Part shown: positions 13,792 to 26,455 of the stretch, one piece after another
Numbering within the stretch: the first letter of the stretch is position 1
Layout: every line of letters starts with the position of its first letter
Origin: Octopus sinensis
Taxonomy: Eukaryota
Assembly: GCF_006345805.1 (NCBI RefSeq)
Contig: NC_043005.1
Span: forward strand, 108,314,001-108,378,000
Length of the DNA stretch: 64,000 nt
Direction of reading: 5' to 3'
Position numbers and translations under genes: made by a program
The notes under the pieces: generated by a model
What the model was told of the DNA's origin: nothing
The model's input: only the letters and a program-made list of their open reading frames with translations
Databases searched by the model: none

Positions 13792-14443
13792 GGTATACTA
13801 TGTGTGTCTGTGTGTGTATATGTATTATTAAATCAGACAGAATTAAACACACCATCTCTGCTCTTCAGTTCTTATATGTATGTGTATGTACACACACACA
13901 CACACACATGCACACATGCACATATGCATATCTAAAAACGATTTTCATAAATTAGGAAATTATTAATGAAATTTAAAAAATCTTTAAGTAGAGCAAATTA
14001 ACACAGACCTGATGGAAAGAAGATTTTGTGCAAGAGATTTTTACTGTCTTCAGCTGTTCAGAAGCACATACTGTAACCTATCAATATAGCAGTAATTACT
14101 TTTTACACTGTGTCTTTGAAGAATATGAAATCACTTATACCAAAATGCAAAAATCTCTCTTCAGTTAGAGCTGTGTACATCTATAATCTTCAATTTAGAA
14201 AAATGTTTTTCAGATCTCTCTCTCTTTCTCTCTCAAACATTTCCCACAAACTCTTTATGAGAAAACTCTTGCCAACTTGCAACAAAATTATCCCCAGAGA
14301 CGAATTTTTGGTACCAAGAAACATAACTCTTAATTTAATCCCTTCTCCATTCATTTTATCATCTTTTTCACAGCAACCACAAGCCAGATTTGTCTATGTG
14401 CCTCTAACAATAGGGAACAGTCACCATTTTTCCTTCCATAACG

Positions 14444-14532
14444 ACTACCTCTGATGAGCGCAGGAATCCAAGATCAGACTGTTACCTAACACTTCGTTGA
14501 AACCCTAATGCGAAACCAACGGGTAAGATAAG
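14444..14532 (+). ncRNA. Degenerate hammerhead-like motif
   Basis: CTGATGA (14451) GCG..long loop..TGC GAAA; stem III ACC/GGT with AACG loop; GTA triplet; stem I only 4 of 5 bp (TACCT/AGATA). Confidence 0.4.
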
Positions 14533-14541
14533 CCATAATGG

Positions 14542-14619
<78 letters not shown>

Positions 14620-14666
14620 TCCTTATACACATAGACACACACTAACACACATATATATTATATATA

Positions 14667-15615
14667 TCATCATCATCATCATTTAACGTCTGTTGTCCAT
14701 GCTAGCATGGGCTGGGCAGTTTGACTGGGTTGGCAGGCTGGAAGGCTGTATCAGGCTCCAGTCTGATTTGGATAGTTTTCTACGACTGGATGCCCTTCCT
14801 AACGTCAACCACTCTGAGAGTGTAATGAGTGCTTTTACATGCCACCAGCACGGGTGTCATTTTTGTGACACTGGTATCTGCCATGACTGTGATTTTGCTG
14901 GGCTTGATGGGTCTTTTTCTCAAGCACGACATTGAGGTCAAACATTCAAAAGGAACTCAGCCGCTTGCCTCCATGAAGCCCAATGCTCAAAAGAACTATG
15001 CCTCTGTGAGGCCCAGCACTCAAAAGAAACTCAGCCGCTTTGCCTCTGTGAGGTCCAGCGCTCAAGATTGATTTTCTCGTGTGCTACCAACACGGGTCCG
15101 CTTGGCATGACAAGCCCTCTTAAGCAGAACACATCACCAAAGTTCTTAGTCACTAGTCGTTGCCTCTTTGAGGTTCAATGTTTGAAGATCATGCTTCACT
15201 ACCTTGTCTCATATCTTCTTGGGTTTACCTCAACCACAGGCTCCTTCCACAGTTATAGATCAACACTTCTTTACATAGCTGTCCTCATCCATATACATCA
15301 CATGACCATACCAGCACAGTCATCTCTCTTGCACATTACATCTGATTCCTCTTACGCCTAACTTTTCTCTCAAGATGCTTACACTCAGTCGAATATGCAC
15401 ACTGACATTGCACGTCCAGCAAAGCATACTGGCTTCATTCCATTCAAGCCTATGCATGTCCTCAGCTGCTATAACCCATGTTTCACTGCCATGCAGCATT
15501 GCTGTTCACACACAGGCATCAAACAATCTGCCTTTCACTCTGAGAGAGAGGCCCTTTGTTGCCAGCAGGGGTAGGAGCTCTCTGAACTTTTCCCAACTTA
15601 ATCTTATTCTCACAG
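14667..15615 (-). mobile_element. 5'-truncated RTE LINE (ORF2 C-terminus, 3' UTR, (ATG)n tail)
   Basis: Minus strand RIRLSWEKFRELLPLLATKGLSLRVKGRLFDACV*TAMLHGSETW..RRLCWYGHVM.. is contiguous with the UTR/tail family. Confidence 0.9.
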
Positions 15616-15617
15616 CT

Positions 15618-15800
15618 ATGCCAAGCTGTATCGGCCCCTTTGCCTTTCCCTTGGATAACACTGGTGGCGTGGAGAGAGGAGGCTGGTATGCATGGGCGAC
15701 TGCTGGCCTTCCATAAACAACCTTGCCCAGACTTGTGCCTCGGAGGGAAACTTTCTAGGTGCAATCCCATGGTCATTCATGACCGAAGGGGGTCTAGAAT
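15618..15800 (+). mobile_element. Interspersed repeat 3' part (SINE-like; second copy at 32080-32320)
   Basis: CCAAGCTGTATC..CCCTTGGATAACA..ATAAACAACCTTGCC..GGAACTTTCTAGGTGCAAT..CCATGGTCAT shared with 32160-32300. Confidence 0.65.
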
Positions 15801-16014
15801 GTAATAGCATGATATTGAGTGACAGAGGTGTAGGGGTAGCCTGTATTTTCAGAGAGGTTGGAGGAGAGATGGGGGAAGAGAGAGAGAGAGAGAGAGAGAC
15901 ACACACACACAGGATTCCTTATGCATTACCATTTGTTCCTGCTCTAGAAATGCATCAAAACATATTTTACTCCATTTTCTACCTAATTGTAGCTGTATTG
16001 TGTAGTTATAAACA

Positions 16015-16210
16015 GCCATTGGATGGTTTGACCAGGGTCTGGGAAGCCAGGAGGCTGCACCAGGCTCCATTCTGATCTGGCAGTGTTTCTACAGCTGGAT
16101 GCCCTTCCTAACACCAACCACTCCGTGAGTGTAGTGGGTGTTTTTTACGTGCCACCGGCATGGAAGCCAGTCAAGGCAGCGCTGGCCTCGGCCACATTCG
16201 GATAGTGCTT
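16015..16210 (-). mobile_element. RTE 3' UTR copy
   Basis: Highly similar to 8575-8770. Confidence 0.8.
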
Positions 16211-16483
16211 TAGCCTCTAATACCAACCACCCCACAGAATATCCTGGGTGTTGACTTGTTGCTGTTGTTATAAAGTGTGTGTGTGTGTGTGTGTGTGTAT
16301 TTCCTTTTTATTAGTTTCTTGAAAAAACATTTCCAGTGTATCCTCCGTATACATTTCATATATAAATGCAATAACCGCTATTTTTGTCGGTTCTTGTTAC
16401 GTTCCTTCGTGTGATGGTTGATTTTTGCCCTCTCCACTTATAAGGTCAGTAAAATAACTAGCAATCAAAAATCCTAGTGCTAA

Positions 16484-16515
<32 letters not shown>

Positions 16516-16555
16516 CCACCGCCATCATCACCACCATCATCACCATCACCATCAC

Positions 16556-16587
<32 letters not shown>

Positions 16588-16649
16588 CCATCATCATCAC
16601 CATCATCATCATCATCATCATCACCACCACCACCACCACCACCACCACC

Positions 16650-16693
<44 letters not shown>

Positions 16694-16737
16694 TGCCATC
16701 ATCATCAACGCCACCATCTATTTGTTTTCCCATCCAG

Positions 16738-17088
16738 CATGACAACGATTTAATGTCTGAAACGAGGAAGAGAATGGAAAGAGTAAAAGAAAGAACTAAC
16801 AAAAAAAATATGTTAAAATATATCATAGAAAAAAATATTGCTGAGGAATTCTTCTGCAGGTCAATTCTATTCTTATCTAATCAAGAGAAAACAATAGACA
16901 TTATAGAATCTAAGAAAAAGAAATGGCTTAGGAACACTTCTGCTTCATTCTCACCAAACAGTGAGAAATCAGAAAACAAAAGCCAATATGAATGCCAAAA
17001 GAAAAATTCCTCGGAATACTTCTCTAGCTCTGTTCTCACCAAATCTCAAGAAAACAGAGAAACAGTAAAATTTAACACTCAGTTTTGA
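16738..17088 (+). CDS. Candidate coding exon of an unidentified host gene (terminal, or ending at donor after 16960)
   Basis: Acceptor TTTGTTTTCCCATCCAG, then 116 non-repetitive codons HDNDLMSETRKRMERVK..TVKFNTQF*. Internal donor A|GTGAGA at 16960/16961. Confidence 0.4.
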   Translation, partial: HDNDLMSETRKRMERVKERTNKKNMLKYIIEKNIAEEFFCRSILFLSNQEKTIDIIESKKKKWLRNTSASFSPNSEKSENKSQYECQKKNSSEYFSSSVLTKSQENRETVKFNTQF

Positions 17089-18670
17089 CTGCAGAGTGTG
17101 GATGTTTGACCTCAAAGAGCTATAACCAGAACTGACAAATTAAGAGGCTGGTAGCGATAAGAGAATATGCAGTTAGCATCAATAAATTATCCATTATATT
17201 GGCTCTTACTGCCAAGTAGTGGTGAAAAGATGAAATATATATTCAAAGACATTACTTAGTAAATGTTAGTATCAACCTGGCTATATTTCAACACACTGAA
17301 ATCAGAACGGACATTAAGTGGTATAAATATGTAAGCAAATATCTGTATTTGACAATAATAGTGGTACAACATGTACACTACACTGGGATATCACTGTACA
17401 AGATGATGAGTAAATCATATCATTATGTAAGACAAAGGAGGAAATCAAGACAAATTTCCTAACTTCATCGAAAATAGCTCCTCCAGCCAAAACACACACA
17501 TTCTATACGAATACTTCTTAATAACGTAGCATTATAGATATGATATGAATGTATACACACATATATAAATATACATTCATGCATACATACGCATACACAT
17601 ATGGACATGCTCGCATGCATAGGGAGTGCCAAATGAGGAAGGTGTTACCTAGATGCGTAACCAGCTAGAAATAGCAACCAAATATTTCTCTGGTCCCTGC
17701 TCTTATTACTCTGATGATAACAATAGTGTTACGGATGGGAACTCTGCAAAGAAAAAAAATCCATCATTTAACGCTGATCATTTACAATAGCTGTAATAAA
17801 GGATTATGTACAAATAGATAATACAGTTACATCGCAATCATCATCATCATCATCATCATATTCATCATCATCATCATATTCATCATCATCATCATCATCA
17901 GCATCATCATTTAACAGCTACCTTTCATGCAAGCATGGTTTAACAGGATTCAACAAATCATAGGATTGCATTGAACTCCATTCTCTGCTTTCGTTGGGTT
18001 TTCTATGGTTATATGCCTTTCCTGATGCCGACCACTTCACAGAGTGTACTGGGTCCTTTTTAAATGGCATCTGCACTAGTAAATACAGTAAATCATAGTA
18101 GACCTGGGGGCTAAACACCGACACCAAAATCTATAATATGTCAGTTCAGGGTTGACCTAGCACTAAACAACAAGGTATTTAAAGATCTTTTACCAACTGC
18201 TGGAACCAAAAGTGCTTAAACTTTATCAAAACAGAAGTTTAAGAGACCTTTGATTGATGTTTGGTAAGGTGTGTATCCAATAACTAGAAGACCCCATAGA
18301 TACAGGTATCTGGTTTTTGAGACCAAGAACGAAGTAAACACACACACACACACAGTCTTGTGCCAGAGCACATGGGTTTTATAAACACTTGGATCATACC
18401 AGAGTATGCATGTATACCCTGGCAGAATCCCGTGTATTCTGTACAAAATGCTAAACATCATTTCTGGCTTTTTCTGTTGTGAAATCAAACTCAAAGTCAA
18501 CTTGCGGAATTGATAAAATTAAGAATCAATCAAGAATCGGGGTTGATTTTATCAAGTTTTTCTCTCTTCAAAATTGATGACTTTAGAAAGAAATATTATT
18601 ATTATTAACATTTTCTTTGTTGCTGTCATGTTTTATATATGTGCCAAGTCTCAACCAGAAACTTCAAGTT

Positions 18671-19063
18671 CTTTTCTTTTACTTGTTTCAGTCATTTGAC
18701 TGCAGCCATGCTGGAGCACCGCCTTTAGTCGAGCAACTCGACCCCGGGACTTATTCTTTGTAAGCCCAGTACTTATTCTATCAGTCTCTTTTGCCGAACC
18801 GCTAAGTGACAGGGACATAAACACACCAGCATTGGTTGTCAAGCAATGCTAGGGGAACAAACACAGACACACAAACACACATATATATATACATATATAC
18901 GACGGGCTTCTTTCAGTTTCCGTCGACAAAATCCACTCACAAGGCTTTGGTTGGCCCGAGGCTATAGTAGAAGACACTTGCCCAAGGTGCCCCAGATTGG
19001 GAATGAACCCGAAACCATGTGGCTGGTAAGCAAGTTACTTACCACACATCCACTCCTGCGCCT
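18671..19063 (-). mobile_element. SINE family A, full length
   Basis: Matches family consensus. Confidence 0.92.
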
Positions 19064-19184
19064 ATTTATGATAATGTTATTTATGATTATGATATATTGC
19101 CAGAAAAAAAAGACACTGAATTATAATTCAGTTAAAAGTTTGCTGAGATACATGGAAATTTGTAAGAGTTAAAAAGATCCAGAT

Positions 19185-19390
19185 TTTCTCAGGTTGACAG
19201 TGTTTTACTTAAGATGTGGGCAGGACCCATTAGAAAATTTTCTTGTAGATCTGATACTTTTAAGTTTTCAGGTATTTCACCGTAGTATTTAAGAGTACCT
19301 TTTGTTGTTAACCCCAAAGTTCCGATGATCGCTGGTACAGTTACCATACTTAGATGCCCCGTTTATGACACTTTTGTTTCAAGATCATTA
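19185..19390 (-). mobile_element. R4/Dong LINE C-terminal remnant
   Basis: Minus strand YNDLETKVS*..TVPAIIGTLG..KY..IP..LQE..LMGPAHILSKTLS matches the R4 ORF end. Confidence 0.75.
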
Positions 19391-19395
19391 TACAT

Positions 19396-20033
19396 GTACT
19401 CTTTTACTCTTTTACTTGTTTCAGTCATTTGACTGTGGCCATGCTGGAGCACCACCTTTAGTCGAGCAAATCAACCCCAGGACTTATTCTTTGTAAGCCT
19501 AGTACTTATTCTGTCGGTCTCTTTTGCTGAACCGCTAAGTTACGGGGACATAAACACACCAGCATCAGTTATCAATCGATGTTGAGGGGATAAACACAGA
19601 CACACAAACATATACACGCACATACATATCTATATATACATACATATATACGATGGGCTTCTTTCAGTTTCTGTCTACCAAATCCACTCACAGAGTGGTT
19701 GGCATTAGGAAGGACATCCAGCTATAGAAACTCTACCAGATCAGATTGCAGCCTGGTGCAGCCATCTGGCTCACCAGTCCTCAATCAAACCATCTAGCCC
19801 ATGCCAGCATAGAAAGCGGACGTTAAACGATGATGATGATGATGATAATGATATATATATCTATATGTACGACAAAATTTTTTCAGTTTCCGTCTACCAA
19901 ATCCACTCACAAGGCTTTGGTCGGACCAAGGCTATAGTAGAAAACACTTACCCAAGGTGTTACACAGGGGGACTGAACTTGGAACCACGTGGTTCATAAG
20001 CAAGCTACTTACCACACAGCCACTCCTGCACCT
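19396..20033 (-). mobile_element. SINE family A pieces with an RTE tail (19694-19850, +) between them
   Basis: Family A 3' part at 19396-19690, RTE tail, then family A 5' part at 19870-20033. Confidence 0.8.
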
Positions 20034-20055
20034 ATATATAATTTTTTTTTAACAG

Positions 20056-20087
20056 AGGTACCATGGTCTGCTGCAATTTACATAACT
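20056..20087 (+). CDS. Candidate short exon (x-VPWSAAIYIT)
   Basis: Acceptor TTTTTTTTTAACAG, donor GTGAGC; phase 1 to 0, compatible with 20202 across a 114-nt intron. Confidence 0.35.
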
Positions 20088-20201
20088 GTGAGCAACCATC
20101 TTTTGTCAATGTGACTTTCACTACAGTATCTGTTCTGATCATCTGAAGAACTTGATCAGACCAAAGAGCAGTGGCGATTTTATTTTCTACTACTTTGGCA
20201 G

Positions 20202-20358
20202 GTTTATATTCCTTCTAGTTCTTCTAATACGGGGTCCAAACTGATGGCATATGATCAAGCGCGAATACTGATCAAGTCTAAAACAGCAATTAGTATGTTC
20301 TTTGAAGCTAGCATCGAACAAACGGATCTCAGGTTGCCAATTATTACAAAGGTGGCAG
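20202..20358 (+). CDS. Probable internal coding exon of an unidentified host gene
   Basis: Acceptor TTTTATTTTCTACTACTTTGGCAG, donor CAG|GTAAGA. Only one plus frame open: VYIPSSSSNTGSKLMAYDQARILIKSKTAISMFFEASIEQTDLRLPIITKVA. Confidence 0.55.
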
Positions 20359-20529
20359 GTAAGATCAGCATTGTTTGAAGAATGCTGGCTTGTTAGTTTT
20401 TAATGAACAGATACTGATCCTGAGCTGCTAAAATGTAACCCTCTATTTTTGTTAATAATAATATCAGCAGCAACAGCAACAACAACAACAATCATGATGA
20501 TGATGATGATAATAATAATAATAATAATA

Positions 20530-20568
<39 letters not shown>

Positions 20569-20693
20569 TGATGATGATGATGATGATTATGATGATGATG
20601 AGGATGAAGGTGGTGGTGGGATGATGCTGATGATAATGGTGATGATTTTCTTTTCTTGGTCACAAAAGCCCAAGACAATAATGATAACAATAA

Positions 20694-21509
20694 TCATCAT
20701 CATCATCATCATCGTTTAACGTCCGTTCTCCATGCTAGCATGGGTTGGACGGTTCGACCGGGGATCTGGAAAGCCAGAAGGCTGCACCAGGCTCCAGTCT
20801 TATCTGGCAGTGTTTCTACAGCTGGATGCCCTTCCTAACGCCAACCACTCCGTGAGTGTAGTGGGTGCTTTTTACGTGTCACCTGCACAGGTGCCAGGCA
20901 AGGCTGGCAATGGCCACGGTCGGATTGGTGTATTTTATGTGCCACCTGCACGGAAGCCAAACGAGGGGGTGCTGGCATTGGCCACGAGTCGGATAGTGCT
21001 TTTTACGTACCACCAGACCAGGGATCCTGGCTGGTTCAATTCGATTTCGATTTCGCTTGCCCCAACATGTCTTCGCAAGCAAGGGGGTTGGCATGGGTGC
21101 CTGTCGTACGGTCAGATTGGTGTATTTTACGTGCCACCGGCACGGAAGCCAGTGGAGGCGGCGCTGGCATCGGCCACGAGTCGGATAGTGCTTTTTACGT
21201 ACCACCAGACCAGGGATCCTGGCTGGTTCAATTCGATTTCGATTTCGTTTCGTTTTCGCTTGCCCCGACATGTCTTCGCAAGCAAGGGGGTTGGCATGGG
21301 TGCCTGTCGTACGGTCAGATTGGTGTATTTTACGTGCCACCGGCACGGAAGCCAGTGGAGGCATCGGCCACGAGTCGGATAGTGCTTTTTACGTACCACC
21401 AGACCAGGGATCCTGGCTGGTTCAATTCGATTTCGCTTGCCCCAACATGTCTTCGCAAGCAAGGGGGTTGGCATGGGTGCCTGTCGTACGGTCAGATTGG
21501 TGTATTTTA
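20694..21509 (-). mobile_element. RTE 3' UTR copy with internal tandem triplication
   Basis: Tail at 20694; units begin at 20923, 21115 and 21318 (192, 203, 177 bp). Confidence 0.8.
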
Positions 21510-21579
21510 ATAATAATAATAATAATAATAATGACAATAATAATAATAGTAATAATAATAATAATAATGATAATAATAA

Positions 21580-21635
<56 letters not shown>

Positions 21636-22243
21636 ATGATGATAATAATAATAAGATCTATAATTCTGGCAGAGAGATTTTTTCTTTTTGTTTTAGATTT
21701 AATATTATTGGTCATGACTGTAAACGTGTGTGTATGTGTATATTAGTGAATGTATATTACTGTCTGAGAGTAATTATGTGCACGCTTGTGTGTTATTGTT
21801 TGTAGGTGGTGTGTGCATGTAGGTATTGTATTTCATATATTGTTGCAATTCATTTTCATATATATCAAAATTATGTATTTTTTCTTCATATATGTTATTT
21901 ATTTATCGACTTATTATCCTCATGTTTTTGTACAGTTGTATTTTATTTACTTTTTTCATTATGGTTTTTTTTTTACAAAGAAAAGATTATATATTTGTTT
22001 GAAATGTGATAAGATGGAGTTGATATCACTGTTAATACAATTATTATCAACCACACACAACATCTGCACATGCATACTCCCAAACATATACGTTGGAGTT
22101 GTGAGCCATCCATATTCTTTAGCATATATGCAAACATAATTGATATAACCATAAATAATTAAACACACATATATATGCTTGTGTGTATACATCCATCCAT
22201 ACACACACATATACAATATACATATATATGTGTGTGTGTTTAT

Positions 22244-22301
<58 letters not shown>

Positions 22302-22899
22302 TATATACATATATATATATATAATATATATATATATATATGTATATATATATTATATATATATATATTTGTATATGTATGTATATATATTTATAATTTT
22401 ATTTATCTGATTGTATTTAGGTTGTACTTTTTCCCTCACTGTCTGTGTGTGTATATATGAAAACCTGTTTATATATATGCATGTGTGTGTAAAATTGCAA
22501 ATAGAGAATATAACAGGAAATAGCCAGTGTATAATTGGAATCTAAAATGTAGGGGGTCTGGGAATGTGAAATGAAATATGATTCCATTATGTCATGTGAC
22601 TACAAAATAATTGGATATAAATTATAATTAATCACCAACTCAGTGATGTTATAAACACGTGAGAATCTGTGATGGAACAGAAGGTAGAAAAAAAACTGAA
22701 ATAATTATTTACCCAGAACCCCTCTTAATATCTGTGCGTGTTTGTTTGTGCTTGTGGATTGTATGAGCAAAGCATGGAATATGCAAGCCATATCCTGGCC
22801 TTCCAGCATTTGGTTGGGGGAAGTTACTTTAATAAAGGACTAAGAAGCATAGAATGGATTTGTATTTTCCCCACATGGGACAACATGTCTAGTACTGTT

Positions 22900-23122
22900 G
22901 AGCTGGCAGAAACGTTAGCACACCGGGTGAAATGCTTAGCAGTATTGCGTCTGTCGTTGCGTTCTGAGTTCAAATTCCGCCGAGGTCGACTTTGCCTTTC
23001 ATCCTTTCGGGGTCGATAAATTAAGTACCAGTTACGCACCGGGGTCGATGTAATCGACTTAATCCGTTTGTCTGTCCTTGTTTGTCCCCTCTATGTTTAG
23101 CCCCTTGTGGGCAATAAAGAAA
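22900..23122 (+). mobile_element. SINE family B
   Basis: Matches family consensus. Confidence 0.92.
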
Positions 23123-23495
23123 CAGATATAGTGTATTGAGTACACTTTGTCTATTTTTAAGTGATAGCAAGAGTGTCCAGATCTAAAAATTAGATATCTA
23201 AAAATGGAATTTATGAGCAAGATGTGGATTCGGTAAATTACCTCCAAATAACCCATCTAGGATGGCAAATATCTTATCTCAGAACCGAATGATACAAGGA
23301 GATAAAAACCTTAATCCTCATGAGAGGACTAGACTTTTTCACTTATAGTTGGTCATTTCAATCATAAAATTAATAGCAAGGATAAGCAATGAAATCTTAT
23401 TGTTATAAATGGCATAAAATTTTAAAATTGGAATATGTATTATAGTTTACATTATTTACATTTGACAGATATTTGTCCTCATCTTGTTTGTTGTT

Positions 23496-23541
23496 AACAC
23501 AACATTTCGGCTGATATACCCTCCAGCCTTCATCAGGTGTC
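23496..23541 (-). ncRNA. Minimal type I hammerhead motif in a Penelope-like fragment
   Basis: Minus strand GACAC CTGATGA A GGCTG..CAGCC GAAA TG T T GTGTT: 5-bp stem I, 5-bp stem II, minimal stem III (likely CpG-decayed ACGT). Confidence 0.7.
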
Positions 23542-23619
23542 TTGGGGAAATTTCGAACTTGGGTTCTAATTCCTAAGGTATTTTTTGATGTTATTATTAT
23601 TATTATTATTATCATTATT

Positions 23620-23650
<31 letters not shown>

Positions 23651-23684
23651 TTAATATCATTATTATTATTATTATTATTATTAA

Positions 23685-23731
<47 letters not shown>

Positions 23732-23739
23732 TATTATTA

Positions 23740-24285
23740 GTGAGTGAGAGAGCAGTGCAAGCATCAAAGTGACACTGGGTAAAATATACAAAGCCCCATT
23801 TTGATAAGGGTACACCAGTTACTGCACCACCACCCATACATATGTGCATTACATGGTGATCTCATATCAAAATAAACAGCATATGACCTTGCAGGTGGAG
23901 CCAGTTAGAATTTTCTTCTGGTCGAGTAGCCCATCCCTCTCAAAAGGTCCCTGAATAAGGTTTCTTTAAGGATGTTGAACGAACCACACATGTTTCGAAA
24001 GGTGAATTATCCAAACCTCTAAGAATTCCTTTCAACACACGGCTATGATGCTCCCCCACTACTTCTGCTCGTGGTCAGAGATGCACATATCATCAGCCAC
24101 CAAGGGACATGCTCAACTGGTTACGGTCAACAACTGACAAGCAAATCTGTGGTATGGAGCAGAATATTTACTGTAGCCCATCCTTTATACCAAGACAAAA
24201 CAATGTACATGATAACACTTCCAATCAGTTAAGAACAGAAGCCACAAGAACCACTGCCTGGTACTGCATCAGGGTATTTATTATT
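23740..24285 (-). mobile_element. Interspersed retroelement 3' region with (TAA)n tail
   Basis: Complex non-coding segment abutting the (TTA)n tract at 23590-23740; family not assignable. Confidence 0.4.
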
Positions 24286-24323
24286 ATTTATTATTACTAT
24301 TGTTGTTGTTGTTGTTGTTGTCG

Positions 24324-24391
<68 letters not shown>

Positions 24392-24766
24392 TAGTTTTAT
24401 TTTTATAACGTGCTTTCAGTTCACTACTGAGCACAGCTCTGTGTGCCTTGGGTATGTGCTGTGGTTTGCTGTGATGCTCTTATGGTTACTGTATTGAAAG
24501 TGTTTTATAATAATTATAATTATTATTATTATTCAGGAATAATAATAACAACAAATTAAGTACCAGTATTGCACTGGGGTCGATGTAATCGACTTAATTC
24601 GTGAAAGGATAACTTCTTTCTTCCCAATTGCCTTGAAGATTCTGTACAGAATTCTTGGAACTGTGCTTTCTTCGTTTGGCTGAGTAAAATTATGAATAAA
24701 ACATAAAATTAAAGAAACAGTTTCACCTTTTTTCAATTCAAAGCACCAGATAAATTGACTTTTCAG

Positions 24767-24813
24767 AATATCAGCTCTCTGAAATTCCCTCTTTGCTTAT
24801 ATCTTTCGTACAG
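24767..24813 (+). CDS. Candidate short exon (E-YQLSEIPSLLISFVQ)
   Basis: Acceptor GACTTTTCAG, donor CAG|GTATTG; phase 1 to 0, compatible with 20358. Confidence 0.25.
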
Positions 24814-25343
24814 GTATTGTTTTGCAATAATTGATGAGACTGGTATCTTTCTCACTAGTCTAAAAAGACCTGTAAAGGTTATATGGGCATTGCCCTTTTC
24901 TCTAGATCTATCAATTAAGAAAATAGATAGTACAACTCCAATATTTGCTTAGATTTGCCAATAAAAATATAACAGTCTTGCAACTTAGTGGAAGAGAAAG
25001 CAAAACCACTGGGTCATCTCCAAAATATGACTGATCACTGACAACTTTAATTTGCTTATTTCTGTGAAAAAATTGTCGGAAAAATTTGCCCAATTAAATG
25101 AAAATCTCGAAAATTCTATCCAAAAGTCACAATTCATAATCCAATTAGCAAATTACGAGACAAACACGTTCACAAATAATTGAAATTACTTTTATAATAA
25201 AGAATGGTAAGCAACAAAATATCCATCTCCTCCATCCCTACCTCCTGCTTATCTATCCATCAGCACATACACATCATACACACACATGTACACATACAAA
25301 TATACAATATATATATATATATATAATATATATATATATATAT

Positions 25344-25389
<46 letters not shown>

Positions 25390-25412
25390 GCATATATATA
25401 TATATATATATT

Positions 25413-25456
<44 letters not shown>

Positions 25457-26415
25457 ATATATATATATATATGTATATATATTTATATATATATATTTAT
25501 ATATATATATGATATATATATTATATATATATGTGGTGGTGTGTATGTATATATATATATGTATGTATTATATATATGTGTGTATGTATGTATGTAGAGA
25601 GAAAAATGGAAAGGGAGGGAGATAGATGCAAACAGACATATACGTACACATATACACATGCATATTTGTTTAGACACATTCACACACACTCATCTGTTTA
25701 TCTATCTTTATATATATCTGTCTAGACGCAAACACCTAATCATTCTACCACTCTTTACCGTTCCATTTTCTTTTCACCCTGACATATTGTTTTTATAGAA
25801 TTAACTTTTATGTTAAACTCTTCAAGTTAAAACCTCCAGGATTATCTTGTTATTAATCTCTCAAAATGAAACACAAGAATGAGCTAATGAGGGAGCCTTC
25901 ACGGTGATCAAACTGCTAGAAATAGCAACCAAATTTCAGTGAAACTCATGCAACTGTCATCAAAAATTAAGGAAAAGAATACACTCTGGATTATATATTC
26001 CAAGATATCCCTAAAATAGATGGCTAGATATGGTTGGAACCTCTTTGAGCACAGTTCTGCATCATTATAGTTGGCATGAGGCTAAATGACACCAAAAAGA
26101 ATAACTAGTTTTATTATAAGCTGATGCTAAGATTTTCTGAGATTCTTCAAAGAACTTGACTATTTACTATTAAGAGGAAGTTAACATACTTGAACTTAGC
26201 CAATCAAAAATGCTTAATTAATTACAATTACACTTGAATTAATGAAGAGCAAAAGTCATTAATTTTTATGAAAATGAATTCAATTTTATTCATTTATTCT
26301 TTTTACTTGATTTAGTCGTTGAACTGCAGCCAAGCTGTGGCACTATTTTGAAGGGTTTAGTTCGTCAAATTGACCCCAGTACTATTTGGTACTTATTCTG
26401 TCAAGCACTTTTATG

Positions 26416-26455
<40 letters not shown>

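Noticed and set aside
14054-14163. Plus-strand exon-like frame CSEAHTVTYQY..KSLF
   Set aside because: Weak donor and phase incompatible with the next candidate; left uncalled.
17712-17740. CTGATGA followed by a short stem (similar at 27293, 20147)
   Set aside because: No GAAA, stem III or NUH downstream.
19193-19390. Apparent plus-strand exons with good acceptors
   Set aside because: The minus strand is an R4/Dong LINE C-terminus.
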